Origin: Haliotis cracherodii
Taxonomy: Eukaryota
Reading direction: 5' to 3'
Assembly (NCBI RefSeq): GCF_022045235.1
Contig: NW_027266264.1
Location: 35,898,001 to 35,962,000 of the forward strand
Length of the DNA stretch: 64,000 nt
The notes beneath the pieces were generated by a model. The model did not search any database. It worked only from the letters and a program-made list of their open reading frames with translations, and was not told the origin of the DNA. The stretch's first letter is position 1; every line of letters starts with the position of its first letter. Made by a program: the position numbers and the translations under genes. Below, one piece after another: positions 1 through 12,933 of this stretch.

Positions 1-35
1 GGCGCCTTAGACGACTGTGCCACCTGTGCCCCCCT
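1..35 (-). mobile_element. 5' head of a tRNA-derived SINE (same family as 40253-40530), truncated by the window edge
   Basis: Reverse complement gggggcacaggtggcacagtcgtctaaggcgcc resembles the head gggggcacgagtcgcccagttgtctaaggcgc at about 40253. Confidence 0.55.
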
Positions 36-86
36 GGCGTCCTGAAACATTACATTTGTAGAACACTGTATGACGCATTTAGTCAC

Positions 87-176
87 CTTGCAATGTCGGA
101 GTGCTTCCTTAAATTCTTTATTTCGAATTGCCTCCCTTGCATTTTTCAAAGCGTTCTTTACTTCCTTGGAATCCAT
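87..176 (-). CDS. TTC37: TTC37/SKIC3 (SKI complex TPR subunit), first coding exon; gene continues off the left edge
   Basis: Minus strand ATG at 176 reads [30 protein letters not shown], then a GTGACT donor (85-86). This closely matches the vertebrate TTC37 N-terminus as I recall it ([30 protein letters not shown]). Acceptor ttgtag at 234-235, so a non-coding exon lies further right. Confidence 0.9.
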
Positions 177-2039
177 GCTGTGTATAGGTCATCCAATTAC
201 TGGGCACCGAGACTCTGCACAACATCAGTTTTCCTACAACAAAAAACAGGTCAACTCAAGCATTAAGGCCTAATTTGAAACTCATATTTACAAGGATTTT
301 TACATGGCAGTATAGATTTATACTTATATTTATGTCACATTTTGTGTTTTTCCAAACATTTTGCAAATCTGCATAGACGGTATTTTGAACAAATAAGTAT
401 TGACCATGTGTCCTGGATTTGTATAGAATGGTATGTGTTAACTATCACAGACATTTACAACGGTTGTACTCTATGGTGGTGCTCTGTTGTAAATATACAA
501 ATTATCTTTGAGTGATTCTATATTGTAAGCCATATGTTAAGTTATTAATTGCTGTGGCATTAGCATATCTGTTAATGTGCAACTCCCATACAATTGGCAC
601 AAGACTGGACCGTCGACGGTTCTGTATGAAATAATTTACTAGTGTGTCACATTTGCCTTGATTAAAAAACAAGATAGAAGCCAGTTTGCTCTATGCGAAG
701 CTCTATTGTTTTGGTTGAAGAATTAAAAATACAGAGGCATACAGTGAAAAAGGATCTCATCGATCTCACCGTACCACAGAGAGCTACCAATGAGGTCGCT
801 TTGATGTGTAAAGCTATATTGTCATAAATCAGTAGCTGCTTATGTATATAATTATGCAAAACAATATGTAAAGCGCACCAAAAGGCTTCCATTTGGCCCA
901 TGTGTTCTTATTTCAGAATAAGTGTGTTTGTTTATAAACAAGAGGAATGTCCTGTCGCATGATAGGCCTACACCCGCAGTGCGGTCACTGGAGCACAAAC
1001 GAAATAAGGCGAGCAGAGGTGAGTAAATCTGGGGGTAAACGGCTATTGTTTACAAAGCTTCAGACCGTTTGTCCCTTTAATAACTGACTGCCACAAGCTG
1101 GTACACATTGCCGCTTATGTGAGCAAAATACCACATGCAGGCCAACATTCACATGCAAACTTGTGTTCGTGCGATAAGTTCACACTTAACCATCTGCATT
1201 CCCATGATTTACTCAATCAGATTCAAACTCAACATTCATCTCAAACATCTTGATCTTGACATGGACCCCAAGTAAAACACGATTTCACAGACTGAAAAAG
1301 TTTAGTGTTGTGCAGTAGAGAACTTTGGTTATTCTATTGTTTTCAGTAAATTGTTCAATTCATCCAACAGCTGATTGGTTCGATCAGATGAAATGTATAC
1401 CAACCGAACGTTAACTTAAATTATTGTGAAATTCCCCTGTGCATTCACTTTGACAGAGCATTGCCTATTATTGTGACCTTTTCGTTCACTATGCCATTCT
1501 ATATGAATTTATGAAAGATTGAAGTTACTGCATCTATATGTCTATTTATAATAATGCTGAAGGTGTGCAGGACAAGGTTTACTCGGATGACAGCCTGCTC
1601 CCTATTTATTTCACGGCACCTGTTCTCCAAAAATAGCCTAAATCACATCAAGTCAACATTCATATGAGTAATGGACATTATTGTTCTGTCAAGATGTCAA
1701 CTGAGTGTACGTACATCTAACACTGACTTCGGGTAATGCCAATGCTAAACTAGTCTTAATAATTCATATCGTCTCAGCTAAGACTAAGACTAGTAAGAGT
1801 AGAGACTTTTTCACGGGATTTAGATTTCGTGATCGTGTCAGATGTTTTTCGGTCACATGGAAGTACAGCGTTTTCGTGAGGCTTTAAGAATGTGTGAGAT
1901 GTAGGGAGGTACCCGGTACGGCTGAAGAATGAGAATATTTTGACTCACAAGTCTCAGGCAGACCTATTATGTTCACCTAAGCTGGGCCCCGTCTCTAATA
2001 TCACAATTTGACGACGCGCATAGGGAGCCGGGAACCAGC

Positions 2040-2300
2040 TTATATGTGGCTAAATGACACCTGTTGTCATCCCACTGTCTATTGGTCCTTTATATAATGT
2101 CTACCAATCAGAGGTCGCATAACAAACTTGGTAGGGTATTGATGTAAACTTCCGGTCCACATGGTGGTGGTGACATATTCTTATTTCTCGATAATCTCAA
2201 ATCAACCTGGTGATTATGTCTTTTGTTTTCTATGAATATGATCTTCGATCACATCTTACATAACACTTCCTTTATACGCTGAGTTGAAATGGTGAAGTGT
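2040..2300. promoter_or_regulatory. Probable bidirectional promoter TTC37/ZCCHC9
   Basis: Lies between two divergent genes that both need an upstream non-coding exon. Opposed CCAAT boxes (attgg ~2081, ccaatc ~2104), an ETS core acttccgg (~2148) and locally higher CpG. Confidence 0.5.
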
Positions 2301-2691
2301 AATTTGTTTTGTATTTTATAGATCTGTAATCATCGTAGGGCCAGCAATGAGTTATGTTCCTGTGCTTTTGGCTTGGGGTGTGTCGTTCGTCGCTGAGTCC
2401 TTCAGTCTCAACACATTATACTTGCCTACTTGATCTCCGCTGGCCTATTTGGCCTACCCTTGTTTTGTCTACCCTTGCCTACTTGATCTGCCCTGGCGAT
2501 CCAGTTCCATATGGTTGTATCAGTGTGTAGGCTGCAGCACTTGAGTCTGTACTGACACACCAATGTAATTCCTGGCGTACGACTGGTACAAAACTCCATA
2601 CTAAGAATGTATTCAATAATGCTTGGGAAAAAAAGATTCAAAAGAGTTTGGTAAGATGCATCTGAACTTCAGCAGCACTTTGTCAGAAGCC

Positions 2692-3551
2692 ATACTGCAT
2701 GGTCACCGACCAGTTATCGCCATTTCTTTCATGTTTTTCCTGACATGTACAAAGTTGACTGTACCAATAACTTTCATTTTTGTGAAACAATGAACAGATA
2801 CACTTATTTCTTTCCGTGGAATAAGCATGATAAGATTAAGTTGAAATAGTAGTTTCCCGTTGACTTACTGTACCAGTTATTGCCATCATATCTTTACAGC
2901 ACGTGCCACAAGATCACACCACCCACTTCAGTTATACCAATTACGTTTTTTAGTATCTCGTGTATCACACTCAATTTTTTTATCATCAAGATGAATAAGA
3001 AACACTATGATCAATTTTTCGTCTGCAAACTAACAAAACCCAATATTCCCAAAATTTGATCTTCACGTGCTTATCCTTAACACTATGTACAATGGATTTC
3101 GAGATATATACACAGGTTCTGCATTTTTGCAAATATGACTCAAATAGGTTGTAAAAATTGTATTTTGGGGAAGAAATGAGAGAACTGAAAGTGCATCATT
3201 GTGGCGTTTGATTTATATTTTCACATGAATTAGTCCTGTGTCTTTTCTAAATTGTATTTGAGTTTTGGGGAAGAAATTTACAGAACTGAAAGTGCATCAT
3301 CGTGTTGTTTGATTTATATTTTCGCGGGAATTAGTCCTGTGTCTTTTCTAAAGTTGTATTTGGGGAAGCTGATTATGGTGGGGCTTTTAAAAATATTTCC
3401 TCACAAGAGTCCATTTGGTCTTCACTTTTGGATAAATATTTCTCTCTTCTCATGAAAACGAGCAAAAGTAAAATGCGCGTTTTCACGTGGGCGCTATAAC
3501 TGGGAGTTGGCGATAATTGGTCCTCAGCGATAACTGGTGGATAGCCAGTAT
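2692..3551. mobile_element. Degenerate non-autonomous DNA transposon
   Basis: Imperfect terminal inverted repeats (accagttatcgc ~2709 / gcgataactggt ~3527) and an internal ~100-bp direct duplication (3165-3370). Confidence 0.35.
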
Positions 3552-3581
3552 ACCATTTACCATTGTTCTCTCCCCACAGTG

Positions 3582-3850
3582 AGGGTCACTGACGCACCTG
3601 ACGTCTAAGGCACAGAGTTGCGTCCCTTGGGTATGCCAGAAACCTATGATCATGGGTTAATCCCGGTTTGGCCCGACTATGTTTCACGGTTTGTCAGCAC
3701 CATACCCGTGTTTGTGGATTTCAACAAAGTAGTTAACGTTTGAGATCTACATTACTTCAGGATTTCCTCCCATAGTTAAGCTGACATGCCATGATAATAC
3801 TGGAATACTCTTCAAAGCAGTGTTAAAAACCCAGCTCACTCACTCACTCT
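3582..3850 (+). mobile_element. tRNA-derived SINE with (ACTC)n tail
   Basis: Colinear with 40253-40530 (gtctaaggc...atgccagaaacctatgat...gtttgtcagcaccatacccgtg...ctcactcactcact). Confidence 0.7.
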
Positions 3851-4209
3851 CCCACAGTCAGTGATGGGAGAGGAATCATTTACTTTGTGTCAGCTAGTGA
3901 CATAAATATATAAAGAGATTGAATGGTGGCTATTTCTTAAGAAAAAATGCTTACTGTATGTGATGATTGAAAAATAAAAAAATAAATTGCTGCTTTGGGA
4001 TGATTGGTTATATAGGTCCATGATTAAATGTGGTAACATTAAATAGGTGAGTTATAGTTATGGTTAGTGAGTGGATAAACTATTATTTGTGTGTGTTTTT
4101 TCTGTAAAATAAGACCAGCAAAGTAGCAGCATGATGATCAGTTTAATTAAGATATTTATGTCATCTGTCATGTGATGTAGTTTTGTTTTACATTCAATGG
4201 TTTCAGATC

Positions 4210-7200
4210 ATGACACGCTTTGCGAGAGCCGGTAATGCTAAGAAGATCCCTCATGATGGTACAGAGTGGAAGGATATGTTTGGAAGTGGTAGTGAATCCA
4301 AACAGAAGTCAGACAGTGTGTCCAAAACACAAGGGAAAAAACATGACAAAAAATTCAAGAAATTCAAGAAGGATAAAATGAATAAGAAAGTCAAAGGCGT
4401 TGGAAAAAATATAAAGGTTGATGAACAAAAGCCATGGCAAGTCAACATTACTACTGGTGATAAGATGAAGGAACGGGCTATGAGGAATCAGTTCTTCCGG
4501 GATAAAAAAAGTGAACAGAGGCGTGTACAGAGGAAGGATGATAGAGACCGATATCTGGTAAGACATGCTGGTGCAAGGTGTGATCTCAGTGTTCCTGTTT
4601 ACCGATAATAACCAGTAATTTACCAGTAAAATTAGGTTTGGACTGGTAATTCATGTGACTGCCAGTCCCTGTGGACCGGCAAATAAACTACCCCATAAAT
4701 CTTTGTTGTTGAACAAAATATTTTCGATGTTCATATAACTATATTTTCGAAAAAAGAAGTCAGCCTGTCTGTCCATCAGGGTTTCTCCTGTCCATTTTTG
4801 GTGCAAGGAAATAACATTCACTTCGCTTTGAAATTAAATCTGTATTTCTATTGACTTAGGCGCGAAATATTCAAAGAAAAGAGATAAAATTGTTACTGAT
4901 CTTTGTGTGAATGACATGTAGATCTAACTGAGTTACTTCAGATATGATGTCATGGCATTAAACCTGATGTTGAAAGAATTAAATCCAGGTAACTTTCATA
5001 CAGTTTTTGATTTGTTGAACTGACAAAAACTAGGTGGGACTGGTAATTTTTAGAGTTGCCAGTACATCATGTCAATCAGGACTGGCAGTTTCAAAAGCCA
5101 GCAGGAACACTGGATCTTTTATTTTGCATGTTTAATAAACAACTTTGGCTGTAATTCATGATTAAACACTGATGTCATATCAGAAATGACCATGCTTACA
5201 GCCCCTAAAACATCCAAGTGTTCCTGCTGGCTTTTGAAACTGCCAGTCCTGATGGACATGATTGACTGGCAACTCTAAAAATTACCAGACCCCAATAATT
5301 TTTGTCAGTCCCAACTTTCAATAAAATAAAAACATATGAAAATTACCTGGTTTTAATTCTTTCAACATCATGTTTAATGCAATGACGTCATCTCTGAAGT
5401 AACTTAGTTAGATCTACATGTCATTTACACAAAGTGCAGTTACAATTTTCTCATATTTTTTCAATATTTCGAGATAAAGTCGTTACAAATATATATTTAA
5501 CCTCAAAGCAAAGTAAAATGTTATTTTATTGCATCAAAAACAGGCAAGGGGAAACACTGATGGTAACAGACATGTTGACTTTGTCCGAAAAATAGACTTA
5601 TATGTATATCGCTGATGTTATGTTTAACAACAACTACCTATAGGGTACTTTATTTGCCGGTCCACAGGGACTGGCAGTCACATGAATTACCGACCCAAGC
5701 CTAATTTTACCGGTTAAAAACTGGTATTACCGGTAAACAGGAACACTGCATCCCCTTCTTTCAGGTCGCACTATAGAACTGGACTGTCATATTCCACTAT
5801 ATACCATGATATACATGATATACATGATCTAAGATATGTTGGGTCCAACCAGTACATATAATCCTGATTATAGGGTCAGCTCACATATATTTGTTATATA
5901 ACATGTAAACACACACAGCATTATCATGGAATGGCTTTTGAAATATCCCTATACTGTTAATCTTGGTGAAACTTCACAAATTTGAATTAAATATTTTGCA
6001 ATTACACGACTCAGAAATGTCAGTCCAGCATGCTGAATGTTAGAATGGATGCAGGAAACAATATATCACATCCCAAGGAATGCACAGTACTATTCATTGC
6101 ACCAAATTCTTGACAAGAAATACATGAAATATAAGATGCTGTAATTAATGTAATGATGAAATCCTACAATACAGTACATGACGCCATTTCATTACAGGAC
6201 CCTCATATCAGCTGTATTGACCATGTTGTCTCTTGAAATGAATTATTGGGGGTGCCCTGGACCCCAGTGTTGTAGGGCAAGGTAAACCCTGTGATACACT
6301 GTGATGTTACTGATATACTTCTCAAAGCGACATTTAACCCAAATCCTCCTAATTACCAAATTTTTCCAATTTTTTAAAATCCTAGATATTAAAAGTAGTG
6401 ACGCTAGCTGGATCTTGATTCTCACTTACCAAAACTGAAAAAACATTATGGACATTTTGATAAGGTTCTTTATCATGTTTATGTGAAACATTTACTTTTT
6501 ACAATGTTCTTATAACATTGCACAAGCCTCCCTGGATCCGATCAGTCTTGGAACTAAATGCTTCACTAGGCAAACAACTCCTATTATCATCTAGAATGTC
6601 AGAGTTGTATCATCAGTGCCCTTGTGTAGATGTGTGGTGTCTCCTGTGTAGGTGTGTTTCAACTGCCGGAAGCATGGTCACCGGATGGGAGACTGCCCCC
6701 AGACGAAAGGCTCCAGCAGTCATGGCACAGGCATCTGCTTCAAATGTGGCTCCACAGAGCATGTGTCAAGTGCATGTTCCGCAAAAGTAGCTCCAGGTAG
6801 GGTTCTTGGGTTTCCTCAGGATAAGGGCATTTCTTATTTAAGGTTTTTATGTATCCCTACCTCACATTGTATGATGGACATGTCTGTACATCTGTCCTTA
6901 ATGTTTGATTGAAGTGAACACAATGATTTATTTTGTGGACATTTAGTTTACCGTATTTGCCGTAATAAGCGCCATGGGTACTATGAAAGTTATTCAAGGG
7001 AAGTTGTTTGTTAAAACCATACAAGGTAAATTTGATGTCAGAGTGATAGAGAACGGACATATTCAAACATGAAACTTTTCTGTTTCATTAATAGCTTCCA
7101 GGCACATAAATACCCTATTTACATGACTCTGTTTTATGAAAACAGATCTGTAAAATACACAAGAAAATATTACTTTCATATACAGTTTTGGGCTTCAGAC

Positions 7201-9261
7201 ATGGGTCTTATAAATATCACTTACAGGCTGCAAGGGGGTGCTTTTTGAAACGGGTGCTTAATACAGCAAATACGGTATTACATTGCATGGAATCATTAAT
7301 CGAGGACTTCAGCCCCAACATTGTGAACAGAATTATAAACCATTTACTCTGTATCTTCTGTGTATGTACTGTCTACATCTTCATCATCTACACACCTAAT
7401 TGTCATGTGGTACGTTTTTCATATAAGGTAATTTATATTCAGTGTTGACAGCATTGATTTGCCCATACTTCAGTGAAGTCTGTCACATCTATTGCTGTTG
7501 TTGTTCCAGGGAATTACCCATTCGCGAAGTGCTTCATCTGTGGGGAGATGGGTCACATCACCAGGCAGTGTCCAGACAACCCAAGGGGCCTCTATCCCAA
7601 TGGTAATTATACAGCAGGATTTATCTATAACTATGCAGGACTGTGTGAGAGGTTTACCAAATTTGCAAATGGTGCATATAGCATGGATGGGTTATTTGTG
7701 GGAAAAAGAATAGCTTTGTATTTCATCATAATGATTCTGGGAGTGCTGTACAGCCTCAATCTGCAGCATGTGTTCAGGGGCATGTCGTTATGAATGTGGA
7801 TCTGTGGATATAAGTGTTAGTCTGCGTCATGTATTACATCCTATGATTCTGACACCCTACATCTTCAGGGGGTGCTGTAATGAATGTGGATCTGTGGATA
7901 TAAGTGTTGTATCTGCTTCATGTATTACATTGTAATGATTCTGACACCCTCCATCTTCAGGGGCATGTCATTATGTATGTGGATCTGTAGATATAAGTGT
8001 TGTATCTGCTTCATGTATTACATTGTAATGATTCTGACACCCTCCATCTTCAGGGGCATGTCATTATGTATGTGGATCTGTAGATCTAAGTGTTGTATCT
8101 GCTTCATGTATTACTTTGTAATGATTCTGACACCCTCCATCTTCAGGGGCATGTCATTATGTATGTGGATCTGTAGATCTAAGTGTTGTATCTGCTTCAT
8201 GTATTACTTTGTAATGATTCTGACACCCTCCATCTTCAGGGGCATGTCATTATGTATGTGGATCTGTGGATATAAGTGTTGTATCTGCTTCATGTATTAC
8301 TTTGTAATGATTCTGACACCCTCCATCTTCCGGGGGTGCTGTAGTGAATGTGGATCTGTGGATATAAGTGTTGTATCTGCTTCATGTATTACATGTAATG
8401 ATTCTGACACCCTCCATCTTCCGGGGGTGCTGTAGTGAATGTGGATCTGTGGATATAAGTGTTGTATCTGCTTCATGTGTTACATTGTAATGATTCTGAC
8501 ACCCTCCATCTTCAGGGGGATGCTGTAATGAATGTGGATCTGTGGATATAAGTGTTGTATCTGCTTCATGTATTACATTGTAATGATTCTGACACCCTCC
8601 ATCTTTAGGGGCATGTCATTATGAATGTGGATCTGTAGATCTAAGTGTTGTATCTGCTTCATGTATTACATTGTAATGATTCTGACACCCTCCATCTTCC
8701 GGGGGTGCTGTAATGAATGTGGATCTGTAGATATAAGTGTTAGTCTGCTTCATGTATTACATTGTAATGATTCTGACACTCTCCATCTTCAGGGGGATGC
8801 TCTAATGAATGTGGATCTGTAGATATAAGTGTTGTATCTGCTTCATGTATTACATTGTAATGATTCTGACACCCTCCATCTTCAGGGGGATGCTGTAATG
8901 AATGTGGATCTGTGGAGCACTTAAAGAAAGACTGTCCTGACCTACAGAAACAGAGAGGTACTGTGGTTGGATGTGTGTGTAAAATGTAGCCAAATGAGAT
9001 GAACGTGCCAGTTTCTAGGTAGAAGTACATGTATGTTACCAGTTAAGTTAAAGATGCTAAATCCACTGCAACATGTCTTTGAATTTGTCAAGAAACTAAC
9101 TCCCATTATCTGTGAAACTGTATATTTCAGGTACTGAGACTGTGACAATAGACAAGATGAGCAACACCCAGAGTGCAGACGCCGAGTTGGACACATCATC
9201 ACAGCCACCACCTAAGAAAAAGAAAGGTGGACATGGTGGAACAAAGATTGTGAAATTTTGA
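4210..9261 (+). CDS. ZCCHC9: Zinc finger CCHC domain-containing protein 9
   Basis: Exons 4210-4557, 6652-6796, 7510-7602, 8886-8957, 9131-9261; all introns GT-AG with compatible phases. Protein: MTRFAR...EWKDM, Lys-rich tract, four knuckles (CFNCRKHGHRMGDC, CFKCGSTEHVSSAC, CFICGEMGHITRQC, CNECGSVEHLKKDC) and a C-terminal KIVKF. These match ZCCHC9 hallmarks. AATAAA at 9267. Confidence 0.93.
4587..5112 (+). mobile_element. MITE, CAGTGTTCCTG termini, 5-bp TSD GATCT (hAT5-like)
   Basis: TIR cagtgttcctg...caggaacactg; gatct on both flanks (4582-4586, 5113-5117). Confidence 0.8.
5216..5748 (-). mobile_element. Second, inverted copy of the same MITE, 5-bp TSD CATCC
   Basis: Reverse-complement homologue of 4587-5112 along its length; catcc on both flanks (5211-5215, 5749-5753). 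Confidence 0.8.
6949..7277. mobile_element. Tc1/mariner (pogo-like) MITE
   Basis: Termini taccgtatttgccgtaataagcgcc...ggtgcttaatacagcaaatacggta with TA flanks; related TIRs at 52567-52898. Confidence 0.6.
7772..8915 (+). repeat. ~93-bp minisatellite (13 junction copies) made of the ZCCHC9 intron/exon boundary
   Basis: Unit ...gattctgacaccctccatcttcAG|ggggatgctgtaatgaatgtggatctgtgg...; the last copy runs into the real exon at 8886. Confidence 0.92.
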
Positions 9262-9626
9262 TATGTAATAAATTGTCCTGATGGAGATACCTTTAGTTTG
9301 TCTGTGGAGTCTGATTAGCCAAACATCCCAGTCATGGATGATGCCACAGGTAGATGTTCTATCTCCAGACTAGCTGAGCATCTTCATCACATTTCCTCGG
9401 CATCACATAATGAACAACAGCAGAAACACATTTGTTTTGTACAAAGTTTAATAGCAGCAAGTTATTTTACAATTAAATTAAGAAAATATAGAAATCCCAA
9501 GGTATAATCTGTACAATAACTTAACAGTGTGTACGCTAAGTCAGCTAGTTGTTATTCTGGGTATGAAGAGGTATAAATGATAACATAATCACATATCACA
9601 CATTTTAACTATACACAGCAGAAGAT

Positions 9627-10012
9627 CGCAGTACAGCACAACATTGTCACTTACTAGTTAACAAGGAGCCCTTGCTTAGCAGTACAGCACAACATTGTCA
9701 CTTACTAGTTAACAAGGAGGCCCTTGCTTAGCAGTACAGCACAACATTGTCAGTTACTAGTTAACAAGGAGGCCCTTGCTTAGCAGTACAGCACAACATT
9801 GTCAGTTACTAGTTAACGAGGAGGCATTGCTTAGCAGTACAGCACAACATTGTCAGTTACTAGTTAAAAAGGAGGCCCTTGCTTAGCAGTACAGCACAAC
9901 ATTGTCAGTTACTAGTTAACGAGGAGGCCCTTGTTTAGCAGTACAGCACAACATTGTCAGTTACTAGTTAAGAAGGAGGCATTGCTTAGCAGTACAGCAC
10001 AACATAGTCAGT
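9627..10012. repeat. ~52-bp minisatellite, about 7-8 copies
   Basis: Unit gcagtacagcacaacattgtcagttactagttaacaaggaggcccttgctta. Confidence 0.9.
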
Positions 10013-10762
10013 TTCCAGGTAACAAGCACAACAGTTTTGACAAATCAATGCATACCGGTAACAAAGACTGGCCCCTAGAAACTACAACACAACCAGATTT
10101 TAAAACATCAAGCATTCATGATTGGGGCTGAGGGAAAGACTGATGGCCAAAACATTCTTTTTGCAAAACAACACAATTGATCATGTCTGATGAATTCCTT
10201 TGATCAGTATGGCCATGAATACTAAGTATGCAAAACATGTAGGTACTTAACTCAAGACCCTAACTATAACAATTATGTATGAGTATCTGACAAAGGGCTG
10301 TTTCCCCCAATCGCCATTGAGAAGAAAAAATATCAACAAAATTTAACATTGCACTTGCTTGAAAGAAACTGCTCAATACAGATACTGCTCACTGTGTTTT
10401 CTTGGCTTGATAAAAAGTAATAACATCATGAAGACAACATCATTAGCAAGGTAGGCATGGTCTATTCAAATGAACAACTTTATTCAACATTGATCCAATT
10501 GTGATGAAATGATATGTATAGCACTGATTAGTGATAAAATCCCACCATAGATCATAACGCACTGCACGAAAACTGTGACATACTTCAGAATTACAATGAC
10601 ACGTTTCAACATAAAAACTACATGTCAGTGCATTTTGACCCTGTTAACATAAACGCTTTTTCCTATCGATGAAAATTGAGATTAGATAATAAGACATTTC
10701 ATACAACAATATTCAGTGCTTATGCACTTTTGTTCATAATCATTCCTTGAATTGTGTTTCAA

Positions 10763-10927
10763 AGGTTCAAGGATGATACACATGCATCAAGGTTCAAGGA
10801 TGATACACATGCATCAAGGTTCAAGGATGATACACATGCATCAAGGTTCAAGGATGATCCACATGCATCAAGGTTCAAGGATGATACACATGCATCAAGG
10901 TTCAAGGATGATACACATGCATCAAGA
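10763..10927. repeat. 27-bp tandem repeat, about 6 copies
   Basis: Unit caaggttcaaggatgatacacatgcat; it produces the periodic ORFs at 10752 and 10754. Confidence 0.9.
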
Positions 10928-12933
10928 TTCTATTGCAGTTACTGATAGAAGTGACTCACTCAAGCGGCATTGTATTGACCTTGCATAGCTCTATCACTTA
11001 TTGGTATTTCTGGGCTGGGAACATCATATTGCACTTTCCAGGATCAAGGAATGAATGTTACTTGTTGGGGATGTGAATTCAAGGATTATGTAATGGACAT
11101 ACTATATTTGATAGAGGAGATTCATTTCCCTTCACAAGTGATGAGACAAGCTGTAAACAACTGTAGCTAAACAAAACCCAATATTATGATTAAGTAGGAG
11201 CATGCATGTATACAGTTTTAAAAGAAAACATATATAGGATATGCTACAACAACTAAAATCATTTCGAAGATCAGTACCCACGTATGATAGGGGTGTGCCT
11301 CGCTGTAGAAATAACTCCAACTCAGTCAACAAAACACATAACTTATTGGGACAATTTGAAACTACTTCAACCACATCCTTGTCTTAAAAATCAGGACTGC
11401 GTCCCCCGCCATGATATTGCTTGAATGTTGCTAAAAGCAGCGTAAAACCATACTCACTCGCTAAAGATAAGGACCTCTTCATATTGATATATGCAAGTAC
11501 TACCAGCACTCTCCTAAATCGAATGAGTTTCAAAGTTCAGCATTAGAACACAGTAATTCATAAACTGTGTTGAACATTTCGGAAAAAGACCAAACCATTT
11601 GGCAGGAAAATTCCATTGAAATATAACTTGCCATCAAGTCAAAGTAAATTTGACTTTCAGGAACTTACAAAATGTTAACAATACCGGAAATTAAAAGTTT
11701 GAGGCACCATTTCCAGTTTTAAATACTGACTATTATACAAGCATACTATCATCTAAAGCCAGGATTGATGCTTTACTTCCAGCATCTCCTAATGAAGGAT
11801 CAATTAGTCTTCCATTGAAATCACAGATGAAGTTATTTCCTCCAGAAAAACACTGCCATTCATAGTCCAATTTGTCTGTCTGTAAAGTGATATAGTTGTG
11901 TGTAAATACATCAAACTCATACAACCACAGGTAAACAAAACAAACATAATGAGAAAATGAAATTAAATATACAATAAGATGTAAAACTGTACAAACTGAT
12001 ATGCAAAAGGAATATGCTAACAAAATTGTAAAGGTTATAAACAAACACATAAAGAGGACAAGAAGCAGCTTCCAAGACTGTTGTTTCCATAAGGATAGCG
12101 GATACACAGAAATCTGTTTTTATTCACCTTGGTTTCATTCATTATTGCCAAACTTTAACAGAAATCACAGACTTGGTGGAAAGAAAAGAGTATCTGTTCT
12201 CCAAATATTTATCTTTAATAAAATTTGTAAAAACTTGATCCATATACCAAATAAGTTAAAAGACCTCTTTATAAAAATTGTTCACAAAAACATGATAGAA
12301 TTTAAGGAGAATTGAAGACTCCAATAGAACAATTTGACAGTAGTCATAACATTCTAATGAACTTCAGAACTTGGGTTATCATGGTTATCATGGTGGGGTG
12401 TATCAGCATTTGTTTGGCACAATAATACTACAGTTATGCTCATGATAAACACAAAATGATCGCATAAGACAATGATGAAGAGATTTTCACTATTTTCTTT
12501 CAAAACATATTACTTTTTTCTTCTTGAATTCCGGAACAGAATCCTATTTCCACAGACTCTCACTCAAATCTACCTGAACCTCTGACATTCAAATATATAA
12601 GTGAGTGTTTTATGCGGCTTTGAACAGTACGGTATTTCATATATATCCCGCTATGTCTGCTTGATACAGAAGGAAAGCCTCAAGTGGTGGAGGCTGTAGA
12701 CATTTGCCACTTAGTCTGGCAAACCAAGGACCACACTCCTTGTGAATCTGGGATACGAATCCACAATCACAGGCATTCTACAGTACCTTGGACAGCCAGG
12801 CCATCCATGCCTCTGGTCAAACATAAAGACTGTTGATACAAAACTGACCAGACAATTTAACATATCATGATCACTCAGCTGCAGCCTACACTGGAAATAT
12901 TATGGCATAAATTACTGTGGTCACTGTCACTAA

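Noticed and set aside
7884-8435. 183-aa Cys-rich ORF
   Set aside because: It is a translation of the 93-bp intronic minisatellite, mostly out of frame with the true exon.
4183-9261. ZCCHC9 knuckles as the missing Gag nucleocapsid
   Set aside because: It is a conserved spliced host gene 45 kb away, with no link to the retroelement.
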